From the NCBI RefSeq assembly GCF_009914755.1, contig NC_060940.1: 64,000 nucleotides of DNA, one strand, 5' to 3'. Source of the DNA: the human T2T-CHM13v2.0 reference genome, Homo sapiens. This document shows positions 29,600 to 47,280 of the stretch, one piece after another (the stretch's first letter is position 1; each line of letters starts with the position of its first letter). The notes beneath the pieces are model-generated. The model had not been told where the DNA came from. It made no database searches and worked only from the letters and a program-made list of their open reading frames with translations. Both the position numbers and the translations under genes were made by a program.

Positions 29600-30974
29600 A
29601 AAATTCCTGCCTTCTTCCCCATATAGGGCTGATGGGAGGACAATATCAAAGAATGGACTGGAATGCCGTATATTAACCTTTGGAACCCTGTACATACATA
29701 TTTTAGAGGTTATCTTTCTCCCAACCCCAAATTCGATCTAGTTGATTAGTGAATCAGAATGGCTAATCCTGGTATAGTCTATAGCATGATGGTAGGTGAG
29801 GGTATGGGATTTGGCAAACACATGACATCCTGCTTTCTTGCAGTATGGCCTTTCAGCTCATGAATGGTGCTTTCCACTGCAGAAGCCATGAGAACCAACA
29901 TCCTCCATCCAAGAGAAGGACAGATGCCTTACTCTGGAAAAATTCCTGGGGCTTCTGGGGCTCTTAGGCTGAAAGCACAAGAGTTAAACTCTGTTGCTCA
30001 TGCAGAAATCAATGCCCTGCCTTTGTTTTGTTCTAAGAGTGAGACAGCTCTGTTCTGATTGGAGTGGGATGTGTGAAGCTCTGATAGTCTGTGCCAGGCC
30101 TTGCCTGGCCAGCAATTGTGAAGGAAGCAACTTGATAACCCCAGGTGACTGTGACAATGAAACCCACTGGGGACTTGAAAATGAGAATGTCAGTACATTG
30201 CTTCTGTTTATCTATTTCTTAAAGACAGAAGTGGGAAAGGTTTAGAGCAGATATTGTCTTGAAATGACAGAATATTTTCAAAATCCTTTCTTTTGCTGTT
30301 AAGCTAGCCCAAGATCTGGGTCTGCCATACACAGAGTGGTTTCAAACACTTTTTGACAATAGGTTCATGTGTTGATTAGAAAATCTCAGTAAATGATGCA
30401 GGTCAAAATGGCCCTGCTCCAATTGAAGAGGAATAGAGACCAGTGGTTTGGTCTCTGACTACATTATTTTCCCAATGATTATCATCTCTAAGATGGAATC
30501 CTATTAGCTTTGTCCACTCTGCTCAGGTTTTCCAGCCCACCTATCGCTTCATTGAAATGATTTCCTTTCCTGATGGAACTCTCAGATTGAGTCATGAGGG
30601 ACTTGGAGGCTCAAGACTATGATGACCTTATCTCTTATCTCCACAGTGCATAGTACACTGCCTGGCAGACAGGGAGGTCGGTGGGCACTTACTGAATTTA
30701 TCTGGCTTTTTCATCCTGTTTACCATTTTATTACCTGAGTTGTTTCCCATTCTTCTGTTCATCCCTAGAATGTGTCTATTCCCTGAATTCTTGGCTCTTT
30801 TAGGTCTAGATTGTCCTGCTAATGTTGAGACTTGCAATAAAACACTAAGATATAATATCTGGGTGGAGAGTTTGAAACCACTGGGGATAGATGGAGGTCC
30901 TGAATGCCAAGCAGAACATGACTAGGTATTAAATAAGACTTCTTTCCACAGATTATCATTCAAGCTTGTCTGTG

Positions 30975-31467
30975 TCCACTCAGTGAACATTTATTGAGCA
31001 CCTACTGTGTGTCTGGCACCCACTATTACAGCTGATGGAAATACAGCAGAAAATAACACAAACATCCCTACTCTTCAGAGCTTACTTTCTAGTTCAGGGA
31101 AACAAATACAAACAACACTAAAACATGAACAAAAAACAACAAATAGTAATGCATGCCACAGTGCTAATTAATACGGGGTGATGTAACAGGGCATCTGGGA
31201 GCCTCTTTAGATTGTGTGGACAGGAAAAGCCTCTCTGAGAGGATAAAAGGCCAAAAACTGTGTGATAAGAAGGAATAAGTCCTGCAGAGATCAGAGGAAG
31301 GACATTTCAACAAGAGGAAGCAAGGGCCTACTGATGCTTAAGGAGGGTAGGAGTGTGGTAATTGATGAGATCAGAGAAATCTCAAGGGCCCTTGTCATGT
31401 AAGGCTCTATGAGCCAGGGCAAGCAATGCAATGTTACTCTTAATGTGATGAGAAGCCTTTGGGTGAT
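30975..31467 (-). mobile_element. L2 (continues at about 32550-32730)
   Basis: ACATTTATTGAGCACCTACTGTGTGTCTGGCAC 3' end followed by a purine-rich L2 body. Confidence 0.8.
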
Positions 31468-31485
31468 TTTTGAAAAATCAAACTT

Positions 31486-32550
<1,065 letters not shown>

Positions 32551-33444
32551 GGGAGATTTTAAGTAGGGGATGATTTGATGTATTATTGTTAGTTTTTGTT
32601 AAGACCATTCTAGATGCTCTTTGGGATATAGAGTGTAAGGTTGTCAAATAGAAGCAGAGATACCAGCTCTGAGACCAGGAGGACAAAGATGATGGCTTGG
32701 GCTAGAGAGGCATTAATGGAGATGAAGAGCAGTAGACTTGACTTCAGGCAAGCAGTTTACCTTCCCAGAGCCTTCGCTGACTCTTAACATCCACATCTGT
32801 GAAAGGATAACAGAACATCCACCTCATAGGATGTAGAGGCCTGAAAATCAAACACACAGAGGGCTTGACACATATTAGGAGCCCAGAAATTAGGAGCTAT
32901 CATCTCTGAGTTTAGTTTCTATTTTAATATGTGCAGGTTCCCTACTGCCTTTTTTTTTTTTTAAATACCTTATGCCTGAATTGCTTAGGGATTTCTTGTT
33001 TGTTTGTTTTCTGCTAACTTATAAAAAAGAGGCCAAATCTGTGCCTTTAATAATAGATGCTTCACCTTTACAAAGCTCTCTGGAGAATGAGATTTGAGAC
33101 AGAATTCCTTTTTTTTTTTTTTGTTTTCATCTTGCTGTGCTTCCAACTGCTTGCAACATTCTCTCTGCTGCAGAACCCCACACTCACAATATTTTTTTAC
33201 ACTTATGCTGATAAAAGGATTCCAGGTTTTATGGAGAATAAAACAGTAACTACAGCTGGTGGGAGACAGTAATCTAGTTAGTCACACCAAGATTGGAATT
33301 CAAGTGATTGGAAAACTGAACATGGAACTCAGTGTGTGAGCTGACAACCTCAAGGGCACAATTATGAAGACCTTGTCTGATTCCCTCTGATTGCTGGATT
33401 TCTGAGAGGAAATTGGCAATGTAGGAAGTAGTGTATGGAGCATC

Positions 33445-33582
33445 TACAATGTACAGCACTTCTCACATACTTCATTTTATTTAATTCTCCATCTAATTCT
33501 ACCTGGTAGTTATATGTCTCCCCATTTTACATGTACAAATTTAAGGCTGAGAGAAATGAAATAATTTGCTTAACACTAGTTG
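33445..33582 (-). mobile_element. MIR split by MER50 (resumes about 34850)
   Basis: CCCATTTTACA...AGGCTGAGAGAAATGAAATAATTTGC core. Confidence 0.65.
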
Positions 33583-34846
33583 TGTTAGTGGCAGTAAATC
33601 TGTACAGATCTACAGCAACTGCCATTCTTGCCTCCTCAGAAGAAAGAATTCCACTGAAGGTATAATAAGGCAGAGTGAGAGACTGAGGCAAGTTTTAGAG
33701 CAGGAGTGAAAGTTAATTAAAAAGCTTTAGAGTAGGAACGAAAGTGATGCAGGATTTTTCTTCTTGGTCACTTTGCAAGCTGGGGACTCCTGGCCAGCAA
33801 TGCCCCACCTGGGCCTTGCTCGGCCATGCTGTGTGCCTCAGCTTGCCTGTGTTACAGCTTGTACCTGCGTTTGGTGATTCCCAAGCTCTTGTACTGTGCC
33901 CAAGAAGAATGAGGATATGCAGGACATTGGAGGGTGAGGAGGGCAGAGAAGAATTTTATTGAGTGATGAAAACAGCTTTCATTGGAGAGGGGAGGGTAGG
34001 GTAGGGGGAAGGATGGTTCCCCGGTGTTTCTGGGTCTGAGACTCTTTATGGACTCAGGATGGGGAGTGCATGCTGATTGGTTTGTAATTATGCAAAAAAG
34101 GTTAAAGTGAAGACACCACTCAAAGGTGGGCATGACAGTGTAGAAAAACCAATTAGGAAAGGGTCGGTATATGTAAAATAAGTGAAGGGTGGGGACCAAT
34201 TAGAGGAAAGTGCACCAAATGGGAAGACAAGTTCTCAATCTGGTCTGAGGATTTAACTTGCAGCTTGGCTTTCAGGCTTTCAACTCTCTTCAGCTTGGAA
34301 GTGGGGTTTAGTGGGGGACCCACCCCTATCTGTCTAGGCATTGTCTGCCTCTATCAAAAGGAAGTAAAGTACACTTGGAAGAAGGCCAAGGGGGCAACTT
34401 TAGAGATCAAGTACATGGTTTGACCTTTGACTTGGGGTCTTATACATTGGCATTCCACATGCACAGTGGCCTGGCAGCACTTGGGAGGGGCTGCATGTGT
34501 GGTGTGTTTACTGGAGGTGTTTGCATGCTTGTGTTCTTCCCTTACCAGTCGAGTGTTCCTGTAAGGTCATATAGCAGTTAAACTTTACCATTTTGCCTCT
34601 TAGTGCACATGCTTGAACCCAGTTACCCAACTCCTGAGATCTTATCAGGAAGCTGATCACCAGTTTCAGGTTTTTCTATCTATTGGGAGACTGCCTTTCT
34701 CTGGTACTGGCTGCAACCAATTATTATTTTAGAGAGACAGTTTAATAACTGCTTGAGCATTACCTGATGGTCATCTGAGAGTCCTGGTTGGCAGAGGAGG
34801 GCACTCTCCTGCCCTGCTCATGTCTGCCTGACTCTCTACTGTAACA
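33583..34846 (-). mobile_element. MER50 ERV1 solo LTR (interrupted)
   Basis: TGTTAG...GTAACA termini, CTCTCCTGCCCTGCTCATGTCTG end, exact 4-bp TSD GTTG at 33579-33582 and 34847-34850. Confidence 0.85.
33745..34356 (-). mobile_element. ERV1 solo LTR (LTR27-like) nested in MER50
   Basis: TGATG...TATCA termini, exact 4-bp TSD AAAG; host LTR resumes in register (GAAAG-GAAGTAAAGTACACTTGGAAG). Confidence 0.85.
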
Positions 34847-34974
34847 GTTGCAACACTAGTAATTTGTAGAGTCAAGATTTAAGTGAGTTCTGTCTATGTT
34901 CAACATTTGTTCTTTCTTTTATCACGTGCAACGGTAGGTCTGAAGTATCTGAGCCTCTTTCCTACTTTCTGTAA

Positions 34975-35450
34975 TCATGTTAATTAGGACTCTTTAGTCT
35001 TGGTGATAGAAACTCAACTCTAAATTGGCTTCAAATTAAAAGGGAATTTATGGGCTGACAACAAAAAATATTAGTTTCAGATGTAGCTAGATCTAGATGC
35101 TCAGATAATGTCATAAGAAGCTAGCTTTCTGCATTCCTAGATTCTGCAAATTTCATTTTGCTTTCATTTTCAGGCAGGCTCTCAACTCAAAATGGTTCCA
35201 AAACACTGATGACTCATTTTAATTTTTTTCACTTTCCAAGTGTGTGGAGAAGGCTTCTTGCCCAATTCCTTTAGAAAAGTTCTGAGATTGACTTTGACTA
35301 GATGTGGGCTTATACCAATTCTGAAATAATCACTTTGGCCAAAAAGTGGAACTAAATGATTGCCGAGACCTAAGATCTGGACCCATTTCCCCTGAATATA
35401 GGAAATGGATCAAACCATATAAACACAAAAGAGGAAAAGAGGTGGCTTCT
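34975..35450. mobile_element. Old MaLR LTR (MLT1J/K/L-like)
   Basis: ATTAGGACTCTTT...GATAGAAACTCAACTCTAAATTGGCTT...AAAGGGAATTTAT start motif. Confidence 0.55.
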
Positions 35451-35604
35451 TGAGAAAAATATTGAGGTGTGATAATCATAAACATGGCAGATGAACATTC
35501 AGTAGGTAGAAACAATGAAAGGCCACTATAATACTCTTATTAATACCATCTTACCAAAAATTTTCCCCCTTCCCTCCCACCTCTTATTTCCCCCTTTGTT
35601 TTAT

Positions 35605-36335
35605 TTTCTTATAAAGAAACATTTAATAGGGACTTAGGAACAAAAGCCTTATCTGTGTCTCTGGCAGCTAGAGACTAGGTGGTGGATTATGCACCATTAC
35701 CTACCAGACCCAGGGATTACATACCGTAAAGGAGAGGCACACATACTTCGGAGGGGATAGATAGGAATTTGCCCTAAGAGCAGTATTCAAGGTTTGTATT
35801 AGGCCATTCTTGTATTGCTATAAAGGAATACCGGAGACTGGATGATTTATAAAGAAAAGAGGTTTAATTGGCTCATGGTTTTGCAGGCTTTATAGGAAGC
35901 ATGGTACTGGCATCTGCTTGGCTTCTAGGGAGGCCTCAGGAAGTGTACAATCATGGTTGAAGGTGAAGGGGGAGCAGGACTATCACATGGCACAAGCAAG
36001 AGCAATTGATGGGGGTGGTGGCTGGGAGATGCAATACACATTTAAATGAACAGATTTTGAAAGAACTCACTATTGCGAAGACAGTACCAAGCCATAAGGG
36101 ATCAGCTCCCATGCCCCAAACATCTCCTACCAGGCCCCACTTCCAGCCTTGGGGACTACTATTTGACATGAGATCTGGGCAGGACAAATATCCAAACTCT
36201 ATCAAGGTAAGTAACTGCCCTTACACAGGGAATAATAGATAAACCGGACATTTCAGAGGCCTTCCTGGAACTGAGGTTAGTCAGAAGCAAACATGGTGGA
36301 TTAGCGTCCAAGATGGAGATGCTTCAGCCTCTACA
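35605..36335 (-). mobile_element. MER67 LTR (3' LTR of a provirus), interrupted by MSTB
   Basis: AACATGGTGGATTAGCGTCCAAGATGGAGATGCTTCAGCCTCTACA matches the reverse complement of the MER67 start. Confidence 0.8.
35795..36204 (-). mobile_element. MSTB-like MaLR solo LTR
   Basis: TGTATTAGGCCATTCTTG...ATCCAAACTCTATCA; 5-bp TSD AGGTT/AGGTA. Confidence 0.9.
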
Positions 36336-37750
36336 TTCCTCCCCCTAATCTGGCTCTTACAATCTCATGCACCTTCCTCTTCTGCGGTGGTCTTTGAGAC
36401 TTTGGGGAGGGTGCTTGATATGTTACAGCTTTAGCAGCAATGCACTGGCAATGGAAAACAGATCAGGCCTAGTGGGATTCCAAATGGGGTAGATTCACAG
36501 GCTGTTGAATCATTTCTTGTCTTCAGTTTTCTCGGAAGAACTGAAACAATGAGAGATACATAACGTTAATAATTTGATTAGTAGAAATATAATGCACACA
36601 AGGACTAGAATCAAAAGAGAGTTTGTTGCAAGCACAACAACAACAACAAGGAACACTTTTCATTAAGGAGCCAACTAAAAGCGTCATGAAGAAAAGTAAA
36701 ACTTGGTTCTATTTAGAGATTTCTTGTAGTCAGGAAATAATTCAGGGTTAGCCCAAATTGTAGGCAAATGATAAAAAACTCACACCATGGTCAGGGCTAG
36801 AATCTAAATTTTCTCTCTATCTAGTTTCCCCATTTCTACTAAGAATAAATAATAGTAGGAACAATTTATTTGCAAACTAAATTTTGGTTTCATTATGCTT
36901 GGCCTGATTATTTGCATCAAGTGTAGCAAGAATAGTGATCAGCCCTATAGGCTCTTTTTAAGTTAGCTTTGCTGGAACTTATAAAAGAAATTTTGGATTC
37001 AACTTTTTAAAAGCCTCAAGGCCAGAAGCTAAGCCAAGGATTCACTATTAGCCTATTCTTATAATACCTGTATGAATTCCTTTCTTCAGGAGGTCCTAAA
37101 ATATCTTGAGGTTCCTGGGTCTGTTAGTAAGTGACATTCTTTATTTACTACAGGTCAGAAGCCTTGTAAGGGAACAATTTAGATGAGGTACTAGGCCAGA
37201 CTTTCCAAGGGGCTTTTATTAGCTCTATACAGTCAACCTCACTTCCTCAGTCTGGTCATATCTGAACGTATGTCATTCCAGTCAAAGCCTTGGTAAAAGA
37301 ACCAGTGTCTTCAATTTTGTCCTATTACAAAAGAAAGCAGATTCTTACTGAACTTATGTGAATAACTACATTACCATAAAATAAGAATATTCACAAATAG
37401 TTTCCAAAATTCGGAGAACTCAGCTACAGAGAAAAGTAAATTTTGCTCACAAAAGTATACTTTATCCAACTTCTCTAAGCTATAAATATCTCAAAAGAAA
37501 AAGGTTTTCTTGACTCTTTTTCGATCAGAGAAGCAGCCTTCCGAACAGGATGTTGTCCATTCACCTTGGAATTGCCATCCACAAGCCAAGCAGCTCTGTC
37601 AGGTGAGAGCTGTTTATCAGGCACTGTAGAAACCAGCAGTTCCTTACACAGTTCCAGAGTCAGTCCTAGGGGAAAAAATGCTCCCCGCTTGTAAATATCT
37701 CCTCCTTGCACTCTCCAGGGAGTAAGTCCCTATGTAAATGATTTCCACCT
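36336..37750 (-). mobile_element. MER4-group ERV1 internal sequence (non-coding remnant)
   Basis: Polypurine tract (TTCCTCCCCCT on the + strand) abuts the LTR; GGCCTGATTATTTGCAT and CATTCCAGTCAAAGCCTTGGTAAAA are typical MER4-group internal motifs. Confidence 0.75.
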
Positions 37751-37859
37751 TATCATGGAACTCTTTTCTTCCTTTCCTTCTATAATGCTCACTAAGTGCA
37801 CATAAATTATTTTTTGGATCCTTTTTTGTACATTACAAAATAGATGAGAAGTGTTTATT

Positions 37860-38148
37860 GGCCAGACATAGTTTCTCATGCCTGTAATCCCAGCACTTTG
37901 GGAGGCCAAGGTGGGTGAATCACTTGAGGTCAGGAGTTTGAGACCAGCCTGGCAAACATGGCAAAACCCTGTCTCTACTAAAAATACAGAAATTAGCCGG
38001 GTGTGGTGGTGCATGCATAGTCCCAGCTACTTGAGGGGCTGAGGTGGGAGGATAACTTGAACTCAGGAGATGGAGGTTGCAATGAGCCAAGATCACACCA
38101 TTGCACTCCAGCTTGGGTGACAGAGTGAGACACTGTCTCAAAAAAAAT
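37860..38148 (+). mobile_element. Alu (old AluS or Jb-like)
   Basis: Full dimer; TSD core TGTTTATT on both sides. Confidence 0.95.
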
Positions 38149-39719
38149 GTTTATTATCTTTATTCTCATCTTATACAGTAGGTCATTGAGACCTATACAA
38201 CAAAATGATCTTTTTTTTCCCTACTAGAATTTGTCCATGGAGGAAATATAGTGAGAACTGGTAACATTCTGTGACATTTATATGTCTAAACAAGAAAGGG
38301 ATAATCATTTTTGTCCATGAGAGATCAAACCTGGGACTTTGACCTCATTATCACTGAGCTACTAGCTCTTTGGAAATATAAGGCAGTGAATGGTATTAGA
38401 GAATCAATGTGCATCCCAAATGTCTAATGTGTTACTAGACTGAGAAGGCCCAGGGGCAAATGTGCCTCATTCTGTATCTACAATATGAGTTATATGTCAT
38501 TAGGAGCCCTTAGAGAGGATTTATAAAGAAACACACACTATGTAGTTAAAAGGGAACCCTGTTTTTTAATACATTGTTGACTGTTTTTCACATTGAGGGA
38601 ATTGATGCTTAGTCCAGAGAAGCTATAGATGTGTTTCGGGCATAACAGAATGGGATCTGTGGTTCTTCTGGAAGGGCGATAAATCACAGGCACCATTAGC
38701 CTAGCTCTCCTTGATCAAAAGGTGTGTCATGGTGAGCTTAGAAAATGAACCACCATTACCTAGTGTGATTACGAATCTGGGGTTTAACAGGCTTTTTACT
38801 GAATCATCTACAGCTTTAAGAGATGTCTTTTTTTTTCTGAGGTTTGTGCTATAAAAAATGTAGAATCACATAAAATATCAAATATTAGCTAATTTTTCTT
38901 CACTTTCTATTATAATTAACCTATCAAAAGGCAGCATACTTCTTGTGAACAGTCCTTCATTTAAGATACACTTGAAGTGTATCTTAAATTTACTTCTTAA
39001 ATCTAAATCTTAAATTTACTTCAAGAAATATTTGTTGTGTACTTTGTGTCTGTCAAGTACTTAAGTTAAAATGGTAAATAAGACACATGTGGCTTATGCT
39101 CTCACAAAGTTTATAATCTGGATTGGGATGGGTAAAAGAATAATGTAAGGATACAGGCTGAATCTGGAGTCTCTTACTGGAAAATGGTAAAGTCTTTGGC
39201 CTTGGTTTTCTTATCTTAAAGTAAATATTACTTCCTATGGAAATAAAACTAAATAGACAATTACTTTAGAATGCCTGCTATGTGGCAAAAATTAGGATAT
39301 CAGATTTCTTAGCACTCTTCGTACTTTCTACCATTCTGTCTTTACAACTTATCTCTTTTTCCTCCCTTTCCATTGATCAAAAACTGAAAGCAAAACTTGC
39401 TCTCTCAGTTGGGAGCAGTCACTCTGCTCAGATTCTTCTACAATCTCCCTATACCAGGACTTACTGACTGAGTGAAAGATGCGGCGATGGAGCACAGACA
39501 TGCCCACCTTAGAGGAAATATATATTTTTCCTCAAAGGAAAAGAAGCATCTTAAATCTAGGGAGCATTAATGCACTTATTTTTTAAATCTAGGAGGAATC
39601 TTTATAATCATCTACCCAGATATATATCAGAGCCATCTTGAGGATCTGGTTAAAATACACATAAAATGTCTGATGCAGTAAATCTGGGTTGGGCTTTTCT
39701 CTTTAAAAAATGTTCACCA

Positions 39720-40262
39720 CTGTGATATATCCACACAATGGAACATTGTTCAGTGTAAAAAAGAAACAAGTTACCAAGACATGAAGCAGACCTGGAGGAA
39801 CTTTAAGTGCATTTTGCCAACTGAAAGAAGTCAATCTGAAAAGACTACATACTGTACGTTTTCAACTATGTGACATTCAACTATGTGACATTCAACAGTG
39901 GAGACAATAAAAAGATCAGTGGTTTCCAGGGGTTTGGGTGGAGGCAGGAATGAATAGGTGGAGCACAGAGGATTTTTAGGACAGTGAAAATACTCTGTAT
40001 GTTACCATAATGATAGATTTGTGCCATTGTACATTTCCCAAAACCCACAGAATGTACAACAGAAAGAGTGAACTCTAATATTAACTATGGACTTAGGTTG
40101 ATAGAAATACGTCAGTGTTGGTTCATCGGTGGTAACAAATGTACCACATTAGTGCAGCGTGTTGATGGTAGGGGAGTGTCTGCAGGAGCTATGTGGGAAC
40201 TCTCTGTACTTTCCACTAAACCTGACTGTGAACCTAAAATTGCTTTAAAAGATAAAAATCTA
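39720..40262 (+). mobile_element. L1MC1/2-type 3'UTR
   Basis: GAGCACAGAGGATTTTTAGGACAGTGAAAATACTCTGTATG...TGTGAACCTAAAATTGCTTTAAAA. Confidence 0.85.
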
Positions 40263-41923
40263 TTCATCAGCAAGATGACAGAATAGAATAGGTGTTCTCT
40301 AGCTTCACTCTCCACAACATAAATTCCACTAGCAACTATCCACTGGCAAGAATATCATTGCGAATACCCTAGAACTCGAGAGTGAGGCTGAGACAGCCTC
40401 TTGAACTATAAATCTGAGAGAAGCCATGTTAAATGGTAAGAGGAATGGCTCTCTTTGACTGCATTGCCCCTGCTTCAAGCTGGCACAGGGCCACACACAG
40501 AGAATTCCTCCAGACCCAAGGTTTTTACAGTGGGAGTAGTGAGCTGGAGGTAGACATTCAGCTTTCCACTATTCTGAGACCTTTTTTTTAGTGGAGGCTC
40601 AGTCTTGTCTTATCCTGCAGGAAACATTGGGAGTACCAGCCAGGCTGGACCACCTATGGTCAGTGAGAAACAAAGAACAAGGGTGGGCTTCACAGTGGTC
40701 AGTGCAGATCTTGGCAGTTGCTTTGCATTTTGGCAGCTGAAGGTACCACACCAGACAAACTAGCCAACAAAATCAGGCTGTAGGAAACATGGTCCTTTGG
40801 TCTTCTGGCCTTGAATACCTAGCCAGCTTCCCCATACAGCTCAGGTGCTCTTGTTAAGGCTTCCCCAGGTCAAGAGGCAACTGCAGGTTAGAGATTACCC
40901 TCAGAGGGAGCACTTCGCCCTGCCCAGCCCTGGTAGCATAGAGGTAATCCAAATAAGTCCTGGTGCTCTCATTAAGTCTTCCCTAGACTGGGAGGCAACT
41001 TCAGGTCTGCAGAGGGAACATCTGGCCCTATCCAACCTCAGCTGATGAGTGGCAACTCCATCAAACTTGGTGCTCTACTTAAGCTTATCCTAGGCTGGGA
41101 TATAAGCCCAAGTCCACACGTATTTGTGGAGCATAGCCTCTGGCCTGCCCTCCCATGTCTCTGAGCAGCAATTTCAGAAACCTCACTCAGTCTCAAAGCC
41201 CAGGACATAGCCAACTATGGATTCCAAACAATAGTACTGTCTAGACGGAGAAGACAGCCTGCCTGATTTGAGATGTTCACAGAGTCCAGTTATCAGCTTC
41301 ACGTAATGGCAGAGTCAAGTCAGTGGTTCCACCAAACCATGGAGCACAACTAGAAGTTTATTCAAGCTCAGAATATAGAAACTGACCCAGTCCAACTAGA
41401 GAACCTGACATCAAAGTCTGACTGTTCAGGATTGCTACCAGTGGCTTATTTAGAATGTCAGGGCAGACTAAATACTAAAGGTATGTCACCACTAAAGCAC
41501 ACTTGCAAAGGCCAAGAGGTGGTCATATCCTCAAATGTGCAGGCATTAATGTAAAGATACAGGGATTATGAAAAATCAGGGAAATATGACATTACCAAAA
41601 GAAACTAATAAGGCTCCAATGAAAGACCCAGAATAAATGGAGATCTATGAAATTACTGACAAAGAATTCAGAATAACCGTCTTTTTTTTTCCTGTGATAA
41701 ATAATCTTTTTTTTTATTATTATACTTTAAGTTTTAGGGTACATGGGCACAATGTGCAGGTTAGTTACATATGTATACATGTGCCATGCTGGTGCACTGC
41801 ACCCACTAACTCGTCATATAGCATTAGGTATATCTCCCAATGCTATCCCTCCCCACTCCCCCCAACCCACAACAGTCCCCAGAGAGTGATGTTCCCCTTC
41901 CTGTGTCCATGTGTTCTCATTGT

Positions 41924-45744
<3,821 letters not shown>

Positions 45745-45807
45745 TATGATGTTAGCTGGTTATTTTCCTTGTTAGCTGATGCAGTTTCTTCCTAGTCTCG
45801 ATGGTCT

Positions 45808-46827
45808 TTACATTTTGGCATGATTTTGCAGCGGCTGGTACTGGTTGTTCCTTTCCATGTTTAGTGCTTCCTTCAGGAGCTCTTTTAGGGCAGGCCTGGT
45901 GGTGACAAAATCTCTCAGCATTTGCTTGTTTGTCTGTAAAGTATTTTATTTCTCCTTCACTTATGAAGCTTAGTTTGGCTGGATATGAAATTCTGGGTTG
46001 AAAATTCTTTTCTTTAAGAATGTTGAATATTGGCACCCAATCTCTTCTGGCTTGTGGAGTTTATGCTGAGAGATCAGCTGTTATTCTGATGGGCTTCCCC
46101 TTGTGGGTAACCCGACCTTTCTCTCTGGCTGCCCTTAACATTTTTTCCTTCATTTCAACTTTGGTGAATCTGACAATTATGTGTCTTGGAGTTGCTCTTC
46201 TTGAGGAGTATCTTTGTGGCGTTCTCTGTATTTCCTGAATCTGAATGTTGGCCTGCCTTGCTAGATTGGGGAAGTTCTCCTGGATAATATCCTGCAGAGT
46301 GTTTTCCAACTTGGTTCCATTCTCCCCATCACTTTCAGGTACACCAAGCAGACATAGATTTGGTCTTTTCACATAGTCCCATATTTCTTGGAGGCTTTGC
46401 TCATTTCTTTTTATTCTTTTTTCTCTAAACTTCCCTTCTCGCTTCATTTCATTCATTTCATCTTCCATCGCTGATACCCTTTCTTCCAGTTGATTGCATC
46501 GGCTCCTGAGGCTTCTGCATTCTTCACGTAGTTCTCGAGCCTTGGTTTTCAGCTCCATCAGCATCTTTAAGCACTTCTCTGTATTGGTTATTCTAGTTAT
46601 ACATTCTTCTGAATTTTTTCAAAGTTTTCAACTTCTTTGCCTTTGGTTTGAATTTCCTCCCGTAGCTCGGAGTAATTTGATCGTCTGAAGCCTTCTTCTC
46701 TCAGCTCGTCAAAGTCATTCTCCGTCCAGCTTTGTTCCGTTGCTGGTGAGGAACTGCGTTCCTTTGGAGGAGGAAAGGCGCTCTGCTTTTTAGAATTTCC
46801 AGTTTTTCTGCCTTTTTTTTTCCCCAT
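45808..46827 (-). pseudogene. L1 ORF1, frameshifted
   Basis: MGKK start, coiled-coil and RRM peptides (RRATPRHIIVRFTK) spread over three ORF fragments. Confidence 0.95.
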
Positions 46828-47280
46828 CTTTGTGGTTTTATCTACTTTTGGTCTTTGATGATGGTGATGTACAGATGGGTTTTTGGTGTGGATGTCCTTT
46901 CTGTTTGTTAGTTTTCCTTCTAACAGACAGAACCCTCAGCTGCAGGTCTGTTGGAATACCCTGCCGTGTGAGGTGTCAGTGTGCCCCTGCTGGGGGGTGC
47001 CTCCCAGTTAGGCTACTCGGGGCTCAGGGGTCAGGGACCCACTTGAGGAGGCAGTCTGCCTGTTCTCAGATCTCCAGCTGTGTGCTGGGAGAACCACTGC
47101 TCTCTTCAAAGCTGTCAGACAGGGACATTTAAGTCTGCAGAGGTTACTGCTGTCTTTTTGTTTGTCTGTGCCCTGCCCCCAGAGGTGGAGCCTACAGAGG
47201 CAGGCAGGCCTCCTTGAGCTGTGGTGGGCTCCACCCATGGAGCTTCCTGGCTGCTTTGTTTACCTAAGCAAGCCTGGGCA

